Shown: one piece after another, positions 36,091 through 50,991 of the stretch
Position numbering within the stretch: the stretch's first letter is position 1
How the letters are laid out: the number at the start of each line of letters is the position of its first letter
Assembly (NCBI GenBank): GCA_051294905.1
Contig: CM119378.1
Span: 1,240,001-1,304,000 of the forward strand
Length of the DNA stretch: 64,000 bases
Origin: Botryllus schlosseri
Lineage: Eukaryota
Reading direction: 5' to 3'
Notes under the pieces: generated by a model
Seen by the model: only the letters and a program-made list of their open reading frames with translations
Told to the model about the DNA's origin: nothing
Database searches by the model: none
Made by a program: the position numbers and the translations under genes

Positions 36091-39000
36091 CCCTCATGAG
36101 CCTCATCACATCAAACTTAACCATTAAATGACTGCGCCTCAATAAACGCAAAAAATAACACTGTCAAAATAGGCCTACCTGTTTCACCTAAAAATCGAGA
36201 TATCGACAAACACGCATACATTACAGTAGGAACGCATACCTTGTTCTCACTATGAACAATTATGGGCATATTTGCACAAATCAACTCCATATCGAGACTA
36301 TATTTTCGGAACGATAGGTTCTGTTTATTTATGGTATCGACAAACATAAGGCTCTTAACACGGCGAATCGGCGACCATGCGTGAAAGTAATCCAGAAGTT
36401 AGGAACAGGCTACATGTTAAATTTTAATTCTGATCTGTCTGCGAATTTTTCTCGACGAAATCAGAAACAATCGGCACACAAATTCAGAGTAGAATGGAAG
36501 AAAGTGAGGCAACTATTCACCAACGATCCGTTTTTCCGCAAACAGACAGGCTTGATTTCTATTTTACAATAACAAGCATTTTAATCTAATCTACTTTCTT
36601 AGCACAAATCAAAACTAAGCCCACAATCGCAGAAGCAAAAAATGTGCAGCTAATATTCTTTTCTTCATGACTAAAATCGGTTCGGGAACTCAAAGCTGAT
36701 TGAGATTCAATATGATTCGGATTTGAAAACCTTAAAATCCACTACAAAGAATCAGAAACCTATTTCTTCTAGAAATCAACGAAATGAGAATTAGACAGAG
36801 TGTATTAGATGAAGAAATAGTCAAGTTGCAAAGTTTAATTGACAAATTGAATCATTATGAAATCATCTGTGGCCAAATGAGCATGAAAACATTCGAAATT
36901 CGAATCAACGTAATGTTTCATAAGAGTTTTTAGTACCGTATAGAGAGTTGGAAATCACCCAAAAAATCGCAATCTATGCCACTTCTGCTAACAACAATAG
37001 GCCATTTTTGAAGCTAGACATATTAGAACCAAACTTAATGCTTTTCCAATTGCAACTCAAGATACACAACAATATCCTGCCCATTATTCCAATGATAATT
37101 AATAATTAATAACACTAACATAATCTTCCACTCCCAAGTCAATACACTTATTACACTACCCGTGCGCTACCTATTATGACAATGGATATTCACTAAACGT
37201 GCGCGCTGAATAACCAAATGATATCCACAGCGCAATGTTCTTGATCTCATGCTCGTGATCAGTAAGTAAATTTGCAGAGCAAACCTACTACTGGGCAGAG
37301 AAACATTTCAAGAGCTCTCACTAGAGACGTACCTAACCACTTCATCTCCGACTCAAGAAGACTTGGAAGTTTAGTCATACATAAAAACGCGCAAGCTGCC
37401 CATCTCAGACAGTTTTATGTTGAATGAAACTTTTGACAAACGCTGAAAATCAAACCCGAGAACACTCATTGAGTCATTTTTTTAAATGCATCTGATGATA
37501 TTGAAACAACTACACTAGTTTATCGGGCTGATCATCAATCTTGAGAATTTGCAACGCATAATCTTGATGTGGCATCACATTCCCCAAACTCAAACCAAAG
37601 GTGAGTCAGAATTTGCTAAATGGATATCTGTAACAAAGGAAGCCAGCAACCCGAAAACACTTGATAATACACAGGCAGTTACCATATTTCTCAAATATGT
37701 TGCGTAGAACTACTGTGTTGGCTCCCATATCCAAGTACTGTAAGGATATTTTACACAAATTTTGAAGAAAGAAGTTATTCAACCAATGACAATTGGTCGA
37801 TAACGTCATGAGCATTTTGGCTTTACAACTCAATCAAGCATGCCAACTGTGTTTGAAAATGTATTGATTTTTGCCACTACATTCCATTCAATTCACGGCT
37901 AGATTAGACCCTCAACGGGTAAGGAATGCCATGTGTTCACACATTCTATGCACAATTATAATGACATTATAGCCGCTAAGCAACATCGGAGTTTCTTTAA
38001 AATAGTGCAAGTATCTAAAAATTTGCTTTAAAACAGAAGAACACCGTCTGAGATACTCCTTTATTAATGATGCTGTTGCTGTGACCGAATTATTTGATCA
38101 ACATGAAGGGTGAAATTTAGATTGAGACTCGATATTTGTCAATAACGATAGAAGACTGAAAAGGTATCTTGTTGCAGTTACCCTCCTTTCTGATGCTGTG
38201 GAAGATCTAATTACACAATAACAATGCTTGAATCCGCTTCTAAGGAAGAACAATTGTTAAGTAATTATCAACTACAAAAGACGAGCGCCGATAAAAGAAT
38301 CCTGAAACGTTTTAAATTTTCCCCCTTGTAGCAAAACTTGTACACTGATTGAAATAGCAGTTGTAAAGCATTGCTGAGACTAAATCATCCTATATTTTCA
38401 TTCAAAAGAACTAGTTTTCTTCATCATGGACAACTTGTTTTGCTACCAACTAACATATATGCTTCTAGATCACTAAAATATTAATGTAAAACTGCTTCCG
38501 ACGTGCAAGGCTAAAAAGTTTCTTACTGTCACACATCACAAACCAACGTACTGGCAATGAAGTATACTTGCTTCAAGTGTTAACAACACACAATACTTCA
38601 TTATGAAAATTGCAAAGTAAACATTTTTCACATTGGTTATATGATTTCTCAACTCAATACTGGGTAAGTGGTATAGATATTTATGAAGACACACAGAATG
38701 GAGCTCTTCTGCAACAAACATCAATAAACGGGGTACTCAACGTATAATTTGATAACTCAGGTGGTATTAGGCAACAACTGATATTCTTACGACAATTAGC
38801 AGCAAACTGATTTCATATTGACGTCAATTTCAACAATTACTCAGGCAATGAAAACCTGGCACAGATTTGAAGAATGATAGTCCATCTTGAGATTGTAAAA
38901 AATCCATTTCTTCAAAATGATTCAGGTAGTCATTAGCTCCAGCATTCGGTCACATCTACAGGCTGGCGACAATGGCATTTGCAATCTCTAACACAACCCG

Positions 39001-39224
39001 AATCTTCTGCTACATTACTTACATATAACGTTAGACTATAATATGGAGATATTCCAAAAGAACTAGCAATCCCACTAGAATCACGAAAAGAAAATGAGTT
39101 CACGTATTATAAAAGATTCTGTCAACTAAATGTTATGATAGTATGCTACATTGTTATGCTTGAAACTTGAGGTATTGTCGGTTACTTCTGATCCGCCATT
39201 CAATCCTTTTTAGGAACTAATTAT

Positions 39225-40450
39225 TAGAGCCCGACCGATATTGGATTTCTGAGCCGATACCGATAAGACCGATATCCAGTACCTCCACCGATAACACCGA
39301 TATATTCAGCCGATATTCAAAAGATATGGAATCTACCTCAAGGTCCATATTTAACACATCAGAGTATTTCTTTCAACAACTTTACAGCCATTGATATGCT
39401 TGAACATGAAATAAATGATCCAGGAACTATAAAAATATATCAAAAGCACCAATCCAGCAATTGCAGATTACAGTTCACGAAGCACAATTTCTCGGAGTGA
39501 ACTTCTGTGGTCTTCCATAGATGATGTATATAGTACTAAACACATTGAGCAGTCTTTCACTTGGTACCATAGTTAGTGGCACAGCAAGAATTGGATATCT
39601 TTCTTCCTTACGGTTCCACCGCCCCCATGCAGGGGATCTTTCCTTCAATGGTTTCACCATATATTGATATTAATGTTGATATTCTTCTGGCAATGCACCT
39701 GGAGCCTTCAGCAAATCATTAACAAATAGCTGAAGAGAATGTGCAAAACAACTCAAATTGTCCAAGTCTGCAACTGCTCCATCCGGCCCCTTGGGCCTTG
39801 ACCATGACCAGCATTTCAACAATCAACATTTTACGCTCTTGTGTCAGAATTGGCCAATGTCATCATGGCATCAAAAATTTTGGTATCAATTATTGGCTTT
39901 ACTCCACGTTTGCTTGATTTTCTTGCCCTCATGCTTGCATATTTCCTATCATGGTGGCCCCGCAGGCCTCAGTCAGACGACTTCATACATTACTGGAATA
40001 ATTAGCTCTGTTGGTACCGAACCGAGATATGTTTCGACGCGACGCTTTTCTCTGTCATTACGAGGGTCAGTCCAGCATGATTGAAGTTCTCATTTCTCTT
40101 ACTGATTGAAATCTTCTGCAGACAACTATCCATCCAGCTGCTCTCTGTCGTTGGTGATCGATTACTGCAGGGGGATTCCCCCGAAGTCAGTGGGGCATAA
40201 CGGTGGTTAGTTATCTATAATATTTTTCAGATAGGCAGTATGCAGTATGCACTATATGCAGCTTGGCCATTTATTTTTATAATTTACCGTCCTCACGTCT
40301 TCTATCGACTTCTCTGACTCCCTGCCACCATGTTGTGACGTCACGAAACTGGCCGATATTTTTTTACCTTCAATGGCCGATACCGATATTTCTCTCCAAG
40401 CGTGATATCGACTCGATATTATCGGCGAGCCGATAATCGGTCGGGCTCTA
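39225..40450 (-). mobile_element. Internally deleted Ac/ZBED-type hAT
   Basis: TIR TAGAGCCCGACCGAT, perfect TSD CTAATTAT and CCGATA motifs. Relics CFAHSLQLFVND and PSERLLNVFS on the minus strand. Related fragment at ~4090-4290. Confidence 0.92.
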
Positions 40451-40849
40451 CTAATTATTGTCTAACCCCTATACATAATGGAGGCAATACCAAGTACCAA
40501 CTGTTAACAGAGACAAAACCAAACTACTGGAGCATATCCTAATAGCTCCTAAATCCCATTACAACAGACCTATGAAAGACTGTGGAAGTTCAAGATTTCT
40601 ATTTTTTAAACGTATGGTCGATAATTTAGGTGTTCAGTCTTACAATGTAAATAAAATAACATAGCAATACAGGGTTTAAAGGACAAAAACTATTCTAGAA
40701 ATATGATCTGAAATTTTCCAGAACAAAACAAATCCTAATTAGTTAGTATACAGCGGACGAAATCATCGATGGTATGCACTATGCAGCCATAGCCAATTTG
40801 GAAACTCCTTACATTAGGTGTCAACTCTTGGTAAGGAATCACTCACATG

Positions 40850-41197
40850 TAGGGTTACCATATTTTGGAATCGGGAAAGGAAGACACTTTTCAAACTAAG
40901 AATACTGGAGTGAAATCCGGAATAAATGGTTAATTTTTTGCGATATTGTGGTTGGTTGACTAAAAAATAGGTCAACTTTCCGGCTCAACGCCATAAATAC
41001 AGTTTTTCTTACACACTTTACGTTGGTTGACTAAAAAAGGTCGTCACTATCGTTCGAACCACGAATTTCCTATTTAGCGACATTTATGCCCATTTTCACT
41101 CGAATCTATCCACTATCTTGGCTCTAAATGCTGCAAAGGAGGACGAATTGCCAAAAAAGAAGCCATTTAGGCGTCCTCAGAGGACATGGTAACCCTA
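40850..41197. mobile_element. hAT MITE, TAGGGTTACCA family
   Basis: Both TIRs present. Further copies lie at ~45326-45719, ~52705-52810 and ~63910-64000. Confidence 0.8.
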
Positions 41198-44030
41198 CTC
41201 GCTAGCAGTATCAACTTGACAAATTACACATAGACTATCACATAACCTGGCCTAATTCACACCAGAGACAGGATACTTCCGTCAATCGGTGAGGTTGTGA
41301 AATGAATAACTGAACCAACTTATTCTTACAAATCTCATCTCCTCAGCATTCTTATTTCCGTAACACATAGGCCTTCATTGTAAGCATGAATACTCTTGAA
41401 GTAGCGCCGTCGACTAGGAGACATGGTAGGAAGTTAAAAATAAGTTGCAGCGTCAGAGAAACAATTTCACAAATAATTCTGAACCCTTTGATCACACCTG
41501 ATCCGCTGGTCCTATTTAGGAATGACACTATTCGTATTATTTAAGTCAGGACTCTAGGCTACTGTTGCCAATTACTACACAAAAATACTACTTTCGAGAA
41601 GTCAGGATGCTATGCCACACCACAATCATTGGCACCAATCAATCGTCATGGAAAATCAGTGACATAATGCCTAAGGGAATGATGAAGGTGGTGTAATAAT
41701 ACCACTCAAATTATGAGGGAATTTGAATTTTATCTGCAAGAAACTAACATTGGACTACAAGGGACACAACAGATTACAGACAACAGCTAACAACAGCCTC
41801 GACTTCAGATTGCTGAAATTGCCAAAAACACTAGGAACAAATATATTTAATAGAGCCATTTCTCCTTACAACAATATTCTGTAAGTCAACTCTCCCTAAA
41901 AACACAAACGAAGATATTCCCTTCAAACAACAAGAAGTACGTGAATCATGAGAGTGAAAGAAAATCTTAAACGTGACCATGAGGCAATGGCTTTCAAAGT
42001 AGTCAACCATGACACCATGATACAATGCAAGAGAAATGCCAAAAATGTAGAGAAAACTCAGACAGGCCTGATAAAAAAGGCAAACCAGGTGAATATACAC
42101 TCGATTCAATAGGCCTAGCAAATTTCTATATTTAAGCCAGAAATATAATACTACACTACAGCTTTGAGTTCCAAATGTTGGAATTTTTCACACGGAAAAA
42201 TATGGGTACATGTGAGAGCTAGAAAAAAGATGTTAGAATCAGCCGCTCATCCTCTCCATCAGGAAAATAAATACCGAGTATGATGTATAGAAATATCAAA
42301 TGCCACCATAGGCATGGACAATGAACGTTTTTACGTTACTCCGATTTCACTTTCCTTGCATTCAGTAACCGAGCACCGACAATCCCACATACATCAGAGC
42401 TAGCAGCAGTATTGCACCTAATTTGTAAAGTATGCTGTAAACGAAGGAAGTCATAAGTTATCACAAAGACGTAAGAAACAGTCATTGCAGAAAGGACAGA
42501 GCACATTATGATATCACAGAGTAACTTGGAGAACATGTCCAAAGCAACAAAAATCTGGTCGCACATCTTCTTCATTACTCAGTATGACAGGTATCACGAG
42601 GATGACAAATATCTTAGCCAGCAACAGACTGTGGTAGTACAGGTGGACCCGAATCTACCAGCTGAAATCGTACACGATAAATGTTGCTTCAGCATGCGAG
42701 GTCTTCAAATGATTTACACTACAGATATACACGGAATTGGATTGAGCTGCTGCTTTGCAATCCAACTCAAAGACTCGGCCAAACTTTCGCATTAGTGAGT
42801 GTCCAAAGAGATGTAGTAAAGAGTCGCGATTGACAATGACAATTAGGATCAAGATAAAATTAACGCAGTAGTATGTTAAAATTGCCAACAATGGCAAGCA
42901 ATAGGGTACCAGATTTCTAATCATTCGAATCAATATTGATAACAGTAACGACAGAGACATTTATAACGCATTATAAAAGTAAGGGGCCCATGGAGTATGA
43001 TTTGTCAATACATACATATTATATCAAAGTCATTATAACAAGTCCACTTGAAAAGCCGTGCAACAATGACGATAGAATGAATGGATATGTTTGTAATTCA
43101 ATACCATCATATCCTTACTAAGGCCTGATTATGATCAAAGTCTGGTAGAATTGCAACATGTCAAGCATCCAACAGCTTAATCAATCAACTCAAAGTCACA
43201 AATGATAATAATGAATGATGCCTCGTCGCATCCATGTTCGGCCAACAGGGAGTGAAGCCACAACAATGTGTCGAAGACGATGTAGAAACAGATCAAGACC
43301 AACTTGCTTTAACCATGATGTCACATTAGATTAAAGACCATGACTTTACAGAATCATTCGCTGTTGAAAGCCTGTCACGATAACGAAGGAGAAAGAAAAA
43401 TAAATGACGAATGTATTGCAAAACTACACCAAAGACAACAGAGCAAGAATTGGTCTACTGCACAACTGGCGAAAGGACACAAATTCATGAAAATTGGTTT
43501 GCAGTGTCCGCCGTTAAACACCGATTCTCAATATGGTGGGATCAACTCCTCTCCAACATAATGAAATTAAGATTTTGGAAATGCTAAATTCAGAAAGTAC
43601 ATAATTGATTTTGTTCTGCTTGTGTAACCAAAAGTACTGGTTATACAAACAAATATAACAAAGTGATCGCTGATTGAGGAAAGATAATGCACCAGCTTGG
43701 TTCAAATTTCTAACTCTACAGATATCATACAAAGTAACATTTCCAATATTCTCTTAGGAACACTGGCTTCAGAAAGCAAGACATCACTCTTCAAGAAACA
43801 TCTGTACCAAATCAACATAGGCATTAAATACATCAAATTTTGTGATGATGTGAGATGAGGTGGAAAACTACTGGGGTGCCAGATGCTAGCAGGACATGCT
43901 GCGCAAGTCACAAAAAATGAAACAAGCATTGATTTCCCAGGCAGGAGATATCAAAATCAAGGACTGCAAACTCATGTAGAACAGTACAAAAACACGATAA
44001 CAAAATGCAGAGATTCAAATCAAAATAACG

Positions 44031-45131
44031 TTAACCATCTGATTTTGGAGGCGTCCGCCAGCCGGTCTGTTCGTGGATCTCGACTAGTCTCTTAAAAGAC
44101 GACACAGCGGCTGAGTACGAGTACGATTCTGGCTTTGCGGAAAAGAGAATCCTGGTTTTACCCTTGCATAGTGTGGCAATGACCTGCATAATCAACGATT
44201 CAATCGAATAGGCGCCGCTCCAACCCTGTCTGGTTAACAGCTCCATACAAATGGCACCGCCACCAAAAACAAACCCACCGGTCAGTATTGGTTTAACCAC
44301 GCGCACAAACGGTGGGACAAACGGGAAGTTCTCTTTGAAAAGAAGTTGCAATTCTATGTACGCTTTCTCCTTTTCTTTTGAATTTAGTTTCTTCAAGTCA
44401 GCATAAAGCGGACTGTCTCGGTCGACTTGAAGGACTTTTACACTCCAATTGTACAGATTATCGTTAATGATGTCAACAGTATAATGGCCGTTTTTGAAGC
44501 TGTCTGATTTATAAATGGCTTTCAGATCTTTCATGATGCGATCGCTGGCTTGTACAGAGCCGGTGGCCGTCCCAGCTATGTAACTACTCCTTTCGTTTTG
44601 TTTAATCCGATTCAAAACAGCAAGATTGTGTGTAGATATTCCGTCGTTTTCCTGCTCTTTTCTTCTGACTTCCTCCTCAATGTCATCTTCGATACCGATT
44701 CCTGAAATATCGCATTCTTCATCTTCAGACTCGGATTCTCTTTCAGATTCATTAAGCTCGTAAAATTGGCTCAGAATTTCAAGCTCCGCGGGTTGATCCA
44801 AGCCGCTTTTACGGCAAAGTTCCCTCGCCAGAAACTCGCATGATTTCAAAATACAGCCTCTACTTCCCGCTTTCATGGGCAATTCCGCAAGTGCCTCCAA
44901 TACCTCACCCACCATTTTGTTTTCGGACTCCGAGTACCATATTGGCAGACCGCACTCCAAAATTTCGGATATGTTACAGTTCAGCACGATTTGTTCACTA
45001 GCCGGACCGATGAAGTGAACGGACAATTCGTCCAAGGAATAACTGGCGACCCGAAATCTAGGATGGGCGATTGGAAACAATTCCTTCAATTTTTCCAATT
45101 CTTTTTTCAGCTCGTCGATACGTCTGGCCAT
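44031..45131 (-). CDS. UBE2Q: Ubiquitin-conjugating enzyme E2 Q-family protein (RWD-like domain + acidic linker + UBC), intronless
   Basis: [40 protein letters not shown] (catalytic Cys retained), AYSIES and C-terminal [10 protein letters not shown]. First ATG is at 45131; acceptor TTTTTGCAG lies near 45184. Confidence 0.93.
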   Translation of the reverse strand: MARRIDELKKELEKLKELFPIAHPRFRVASYSLDELSVHFIGPASEQIVLNCNISEILECGLPIWYSESENKMVGEVLEALAELPMKAGSRGCILKSCEFLARELCRKSGLDQPAELEILSQFYELNESERESESEDEECDISGIGIEDDIEEEVRRKEQENDGISTHNLAVLNRIKQNERSSYIAGTATGSVQASDRIMKDLKAIYKSDSFKNGHYTVDIINDNLYNWSVKVLQVDRDSPLYADLKKLNSKEKEKAYIELQLLFKENFPFVPPFVRVVKPILTGGFVFGGGAICMELLTRQGWSGAYSIESLIMQVIATLCKGKTRILFSAKPESYSYSAAVSSFKRLVEIHEQTGWRTPPKSDG

Positions 45132-46224
45132 TTTGATGGAGCTGGACAATTTCAGACAGTGTGGGAATATTTCGACATACTACTGCAAAAATGTAGAATG
45201 ACAATTGAAACTTCTGAGTACCATGAAATAGGATACATCGTACTTTGCCACCGTCTCCAATCAAGGTTCTCTATGAAAATGTCAAAATTTATGGCGTTTA
45301 TACTTGGTTTTGGGTTTGGGTATCATAGGGTTCCCATTGTTGATCGGAAAACGAGGACACTTTTTATAGTTTTTACAAGTCACAAAAATGAAGTAGCATT
45401 CATTAACACGGGACATTTTGAAATTTTACTTTTAATATAGCGTATTAGCGTTAAGGGTTGACTGAAAAAAGACATTTTTCAGAGTCAACTCCCAGAAGAC
45501 CCGTCTCCACACATATTCGGTTAGCATTTACTCTTTTTTTTCAGTCAACCTTGCCGTCGAAATCCAGATTCCACTTCTATTACAGCATTTTCTAGTTGTC
45601 TCCATATGGTCACCTGACTATCAAACTATAAGGAGGACGAATTGCGAAAGAGGACATTTGGGCGTCCTCGGATGACATTTTAGATTTCTTTTAAATGGAG
45701 CACAAATGTGGTAGGCCTATCGTAGCAGCATTCATTATCATTACCCCGATAGTGAAATTGGCGGCAACGTCACCTGCAATTTTCAGTTTAATTACCTAAT
45801 TATTCTATGCAAGAAGCCCTTCTGTCACGCACAACTTATTGTCGAAAACAACCACTGTTGGCATTACCCAAACCCATATCATAAGAAACTTAACCATAAC
45901 CCCCAATCCTATCCTCACCACCAAACCCAACACTAATCAAATCATAATAATATACCCAACCCTATTACTATGACACAGTAACCTAACCTAACACACAACC
46001 TCAATTTTACGATACATCCCTAATTCTATGATACATTGACGATCGATTGACCATTGACGCTTGACCCTAAACCAATTATCAACACCATATTATACTTTAA
46101 CATGGTCATGTAGAACACTGATTGGTGATGGTCATGTTGTTGTGGATAAGAAGTTCACTAGGCCCATGAACGCAACCAACAATTAACAGTAGTGGCAAAA
46201 GCAGTTTGATAGCTTTTGGTGTGG

Positions 46225-46560
46225 CCAATCAATCAATCAGTTTTATTAATATTTTCATCGTTTCAAAACATCACAAGACTGTGATACAATGAAAAGATAG
46301 GAAGGTTTTGAAACAACTTGGAGTAGCCTTCAAGATCAGACACCCACCTTAGCCTAGGCGAAGTAAATAATCTTGAGGCATGCACACTGAATGAAAAGTA
46401 ATGCGGAGAATATAAGACGCAAGCAGCAAAATGAGGTGACATGTGGCGGAGGACGAGGTCGATGTTAGGTCGTGGTAAGGTAATCCTGAAGACTGGCTAG
46501 TATTCATTTAGAAGAAATTGCTTGTATTTCCACTTGAAATTGAATGCGGACATGCCAGTC
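46225..46560 (-). mobile_element. LINE family B 3' end with (TGAT)n tail
   Basis: Same ORF2 stop context (AATGAATACTAG) and 3' UTR as 24430-24700. Confidence 0.8.
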
Positions 46561-47299
46561 AGGCTCAGGCAGTCGACATTATTTTTCTCCATAGTAAGTT
46601 CTGAGTCCATGCTAGGTACTGCTATAGTGGACGAAAACCACACGATTGCATGTTCTGTGGACATGGATTCTTATATTACAGACTGCTCTGGCGTCTGGTC
46701 GTAACTTGTAAGACATGATTGATTGCCAACGTGCGCAACATCATGAAATTATTGAAATACCTGGTACGGTAGAGTTATTGCGGAACATAATCAAAATCAT
46801 ATGCAGCGGTGCTGTTTTTTATCCACACAACACACACAATGTACAAGGCGATACACAAGACACAATGCGGTGTAATGAACTGGAAAGAGCAGATAGAAAC
46901 GACCTATGCTAGCAGCCTAGCACCATTAACGGTCATCTAGTTGAAGTCCACTGCGTCCTATTGGTATTAGCGTAACACTGTAACATATAAGTAAAAGAAA
47001 ACATGTCTACAAATTAACCTATTGACATCGCAGCTGACTTACTCCGCCGTAATTCTAGGTTGGAAGCTTATGTTAAACAGAATCAGCATTTTTGACCCTA
47101 CAATTTCAATTTCTCAGCCATGGACTAAACCACCTGATGTGGTGATACACATGATACGGATATATCACGAAAATAACCCTAAAATGAAGTATTTCGGGTC
47201 GGGGACAAATTTCCAGATGAATGATCATAGAAAATAGATAAATACTTGAATCATTCCAGGCCGCAATAGATGAAACGGATCAAATCTGTGAAATATGAA

Positions 47300-47620
47300 G
47301 GGTCGCTTCGACAACATCCTATCTTTTCATTGTATCGTATTTTTGTGGTGTATTGAACTGATAAAAATTGCTGATAAACCACTGAACAGCAACAGCGAGA
47401 TCATCATCATCATTTATTAATATTTTGAGCAAATCCCTACACCACACGATTGCGATATAATGAAAAGATAGGAGGACGCCGAAACGACTTGGATAGTAAC
47501 AGTATCAGTTTTTATTTTCATCATTTTAAAACATCACAAGACTGTGATATAATGAAAAGATAGGAAGGTGTCGAAACAACTTCTAGTAACCTTTAAGATC
47601 GGACGCCCACCTTAGCCTAG
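47300..47620. mobile_element. Cluster of three LINE family B tail fragments (one +, two -)
   Basis: 47300-47385 on +; 47400-47495 and 47505-47620 on -. Confidence 0.75.
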
Positions 47621-47813
47621 TGCAAGCCTGGGTAAAGTGCGGCCCGCGGTCCAAATGCGGCCCGGAAAGCTATTCTGTGCGGCCCGCGAAAGGTTGCTTC
47701 AAATTGAAAATATAAAACATACTTTTTATTGTTGCGGCGTGGACTAAAACAATAGGATGTATAAACTGAACCGGAAATTCGTTTACTATCAAGCCTGTTC
47801 AGTGTTCATTAAC

Positions 47814-49059
47814 CAGAGGTGGTCAAAGTAGTCAAGACAGCTACTCAAGTAGAAGTAGAAGTAAAGACGAAAAAATCTACTCAAGTCCGAGTAGAAGTAC
47901 TTCTTCCAGCCACCTAAAACTACTTGAAGTAGAAGTAGAATTGACTGACTTCAAATCTGCTCAAGTAAGTAAGTAGTTTTGAAAACAGTCTTAATTCGTT
48001 CGCATGTACTGTCAAAGCTGCAAATTGATGTATGCGGAAGGTGCAGAGAGCTTGATTCGTATTGATGCATCCCAGGAGGTATCAATTTTCGACAGAATAA
48101 GCATTCTTCCGCATCATGGGATGCAAATTATAGTATTGATTTGAAAATACGATACTAACCCTTTGTTTACTAGACGACCCGGTTTTCGAAAACATCATGG
48201 TATGGCGCCCTCCCCCATATTATAAAGCCCCAATTAAGTATAGGCGAAGAGTAATACGGAGAAGTTGTATCGGATACGGTTTCAACACTTTGCGCGATTA
48301 TTATACGTTAATAACAAATATGGTGGATCGTTAAATTTATATCAAGTGTGACTTTATTTTCGGAAAATAGAGGCAATACTACACTTGCTTTTATGCTTCA
48401 ACATGTATGTTCTGCAGACAAAAGAACTGAAAGTAATTAGAGCTCAAAGTATGATACTCGGAATTGGAAGTGAAATACAAATACCACGTCTAAAAAGCGA
48501 AAAATACATTTCATGTCTTTTGTCCATAAAGCTTCAAAGGTGATTTGCTAAAACCGGTGCAACGTTCAAAAAAGCCGGATTTTCCAGATTAGTAGGACAC
48601 GTCATGGGCTGCTAGATTGCGAAACGGTAGTTTCAAACGTTATAGTGGGCCATATTTACTGTGATGAAATATTTGATATGGGCGACAATGCGGTATGAGC
48701 GGAGCCAAGCAATCCGGTACCTAAATTATATCCACTGATACTTTATTTCTCACTCCATAACTACTGTCTGCGAAGCGCAACAAAATTTCTGGGCTTTACT
48801 TGACTTTTATGAAAATTAAATCTTGGTACTCCGTTAAAAAAGCCCCGGAATTCCTCAGGCTATCTTTCGTATTGGGGGATTAAACTACTTCTACTTGACA
48901 AACTGAGAATAGCGAAAAGTAAGTAAGTAGATCACAAAATATTACGAAGTAGAAGTGGAAGTAGAGAAGAAGAGATCTTCTTGAGTACGTACTAGAAGTA
49001 GAGGAAAACTACTTGAGTTCTTCCAAAAAGTAGAAGTACTTCGTTTCTGACCACCTCTG
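47814..49059. mobile_element. hAT MITE (AAGTAG arrays)
   Basis: TIR CAGAGGTGGTCA with TSD TCATTAAC/TCATTAGC. Confidence 0.88.
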
Positions 49060-49171
49060 TCATTAGCATGCCGCGATTACGCAGCATATATACATACGTC
49101 ACATGGGTAATCCAGATTTAAAGTAAAGTCAATGTAGCAAAATATGCCGTTACAATTAAAGTCACAAAAAG

Positions 49172-50991
49172 CAGGGCATGGTATGGTATGGTATGGAACG
49201 ACAATTTTCCATACTCCATACTTGCCTTACTCTCTCCATACCATACTTGCAATTTTCCCTACCATACCAACATTGTTCCATACCATACTTGATACATATT
49301 CCATACATTCAAATACTTGAATATCATAAGTATAGTACCTTTTCTAGCACCTATATTATTGATATTTCGGATGTCATTTTTGCTTAAACTAGCCATGATG
49401 CGAATCTAATTCCTGGTGATAGTTATACAGAGTCTGTTTTAGTGAGGTTTGGTTCACGGTGGTGAGGTGCCGTGTAAGTCCACTCTGCAGCTTCCGCGAG
49501 CAAAATGAATTAGTCAGCAGATTGTTATCTATGACAGTCCATAAAAGGGACGGGTAACATACGGCCCGCGGGCCAGATGCGACCCGCGACGACATTTTGT
49601 TCGGCTCGCGGACAGTTTCCCATCTTACATGATAATGTGGCCCGCGGCCCCACTACTTGCCGAGATTACCCACTACTTGTCTAAACGTCAAATTTTAGTG
49701 ACTGTATGTTAGTATATAGGTGTGCGCACTGCGCAGCGTGCGAGAGTGGAGCTTACGCGTAAGCTCGTCGAAGCGAGAAGACTTGCATTATCGGCATTTA
49801 CGATGTACTCAACCCTAATGAATTGAAATCTTGGTAAATTTTGGGTACCGCGCGGGCTTATCAAACGCTTTGAAATCTTAATTAAGGATTGCACTGTGAT
49901 TTAGTTGATCAGAGAGAAACAGACATGGCGGCGCCTGTATGACAATGCTGTTCTCAAACCCACATTGTATTGTCGTTATCGGCGAGAAATGGCTCTGAAG
50001 TGACATATTTCTGTCAATAAAATACATTCATTAAATACGATATACACCCTGTATATGTGGATAAATAGGCGAAAATGTATCGATTCAACAATACGGCCCG
50101 CCAAGTACTTAATTGTCCTATATCCGGCCCGCGAACTGGATAAGTTTCCCGCCCCTGCTCCATAAGAATATCATCGCATTTTCGGTACATTGGCATGAGG
50201 CACATGCAAGTTTGAAGTAAATACTCGCAAAATAATTTATAATATAGGCGCACCCATAAAATATCCCAGCTACAGGCGATCAATACTGCAGCGATCTGCG
50301 TGATTATTAGTACAGTATTTGGTTGAGGTTAACGTGGCGAGAATTTCAAACTATATCTACCCCACTCCCTGATCTATAATCCTAATGTGAGATCGTTTGA
50401 AATGTGACCAATATAATGTCTCGCTATGTAAATAAAAGTATAAATGTGCGTACAATATTTCAGAAGAAATGTAATTATCAATCACATTGAGCAATTATTA
50501 CGTTGCATCATGATTGCTTGTAAGCTGTCGTCACTCAAGGAATGAGGTAGTTGGAGTATCCCACATTACCAATTATTGTGTCACACGATAGACTTCGCTC
50601 GAAGACGTCGTGTCTAGACTCTATATAATATCGGATCAACATTACTGTTGTCATTATTACATCACAAAATCATGTCATCCCAAGTGCTCCTAAAACCGCT
50701 GCACAAGCGTGTATTTGATCCTGCACAGCGTTCAATAGTTCACGTTCACACATAACAAAAGCGATCGTGTTCCGTGAACAGCGAACAACGTACGCTTCGC
50801 TTCATGAAGCTTGCACAGATCACGATAAAATGTATAAAACACCAAAGTATGGGAGTATGGAAATGTCGTTCCATACCATAGATTAAAATCTTCCATTCCA
50901 TACCATACTTGCATTGTTCCATATTCCATACCAAAATATCGATCCATACCATACCATACTTCCATACCATACCATACCATACCATGCTCTG
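49172..50991. mobile_element. hAT MITE ((CCATA)n arrays) with nested element at 49545-50157
   Basis: TIR CAGRGCATGGTATGGTATGG with perfect TSD ACAAAAAG. Inner TSD GTCCATAA/CTCCATAA. Confidence 0.9.

Noticed and set aside
37492..37520. CTGATGA...GAAA hammerhead-like boxes
   Set aside because: No stem I or stem II pairing and no repeat context.
45840..46090. Telomere-like CCCTAA-rich tract
   Set aside because: Degenerate and non-tandem; probably the interior of an unclassified repeat.
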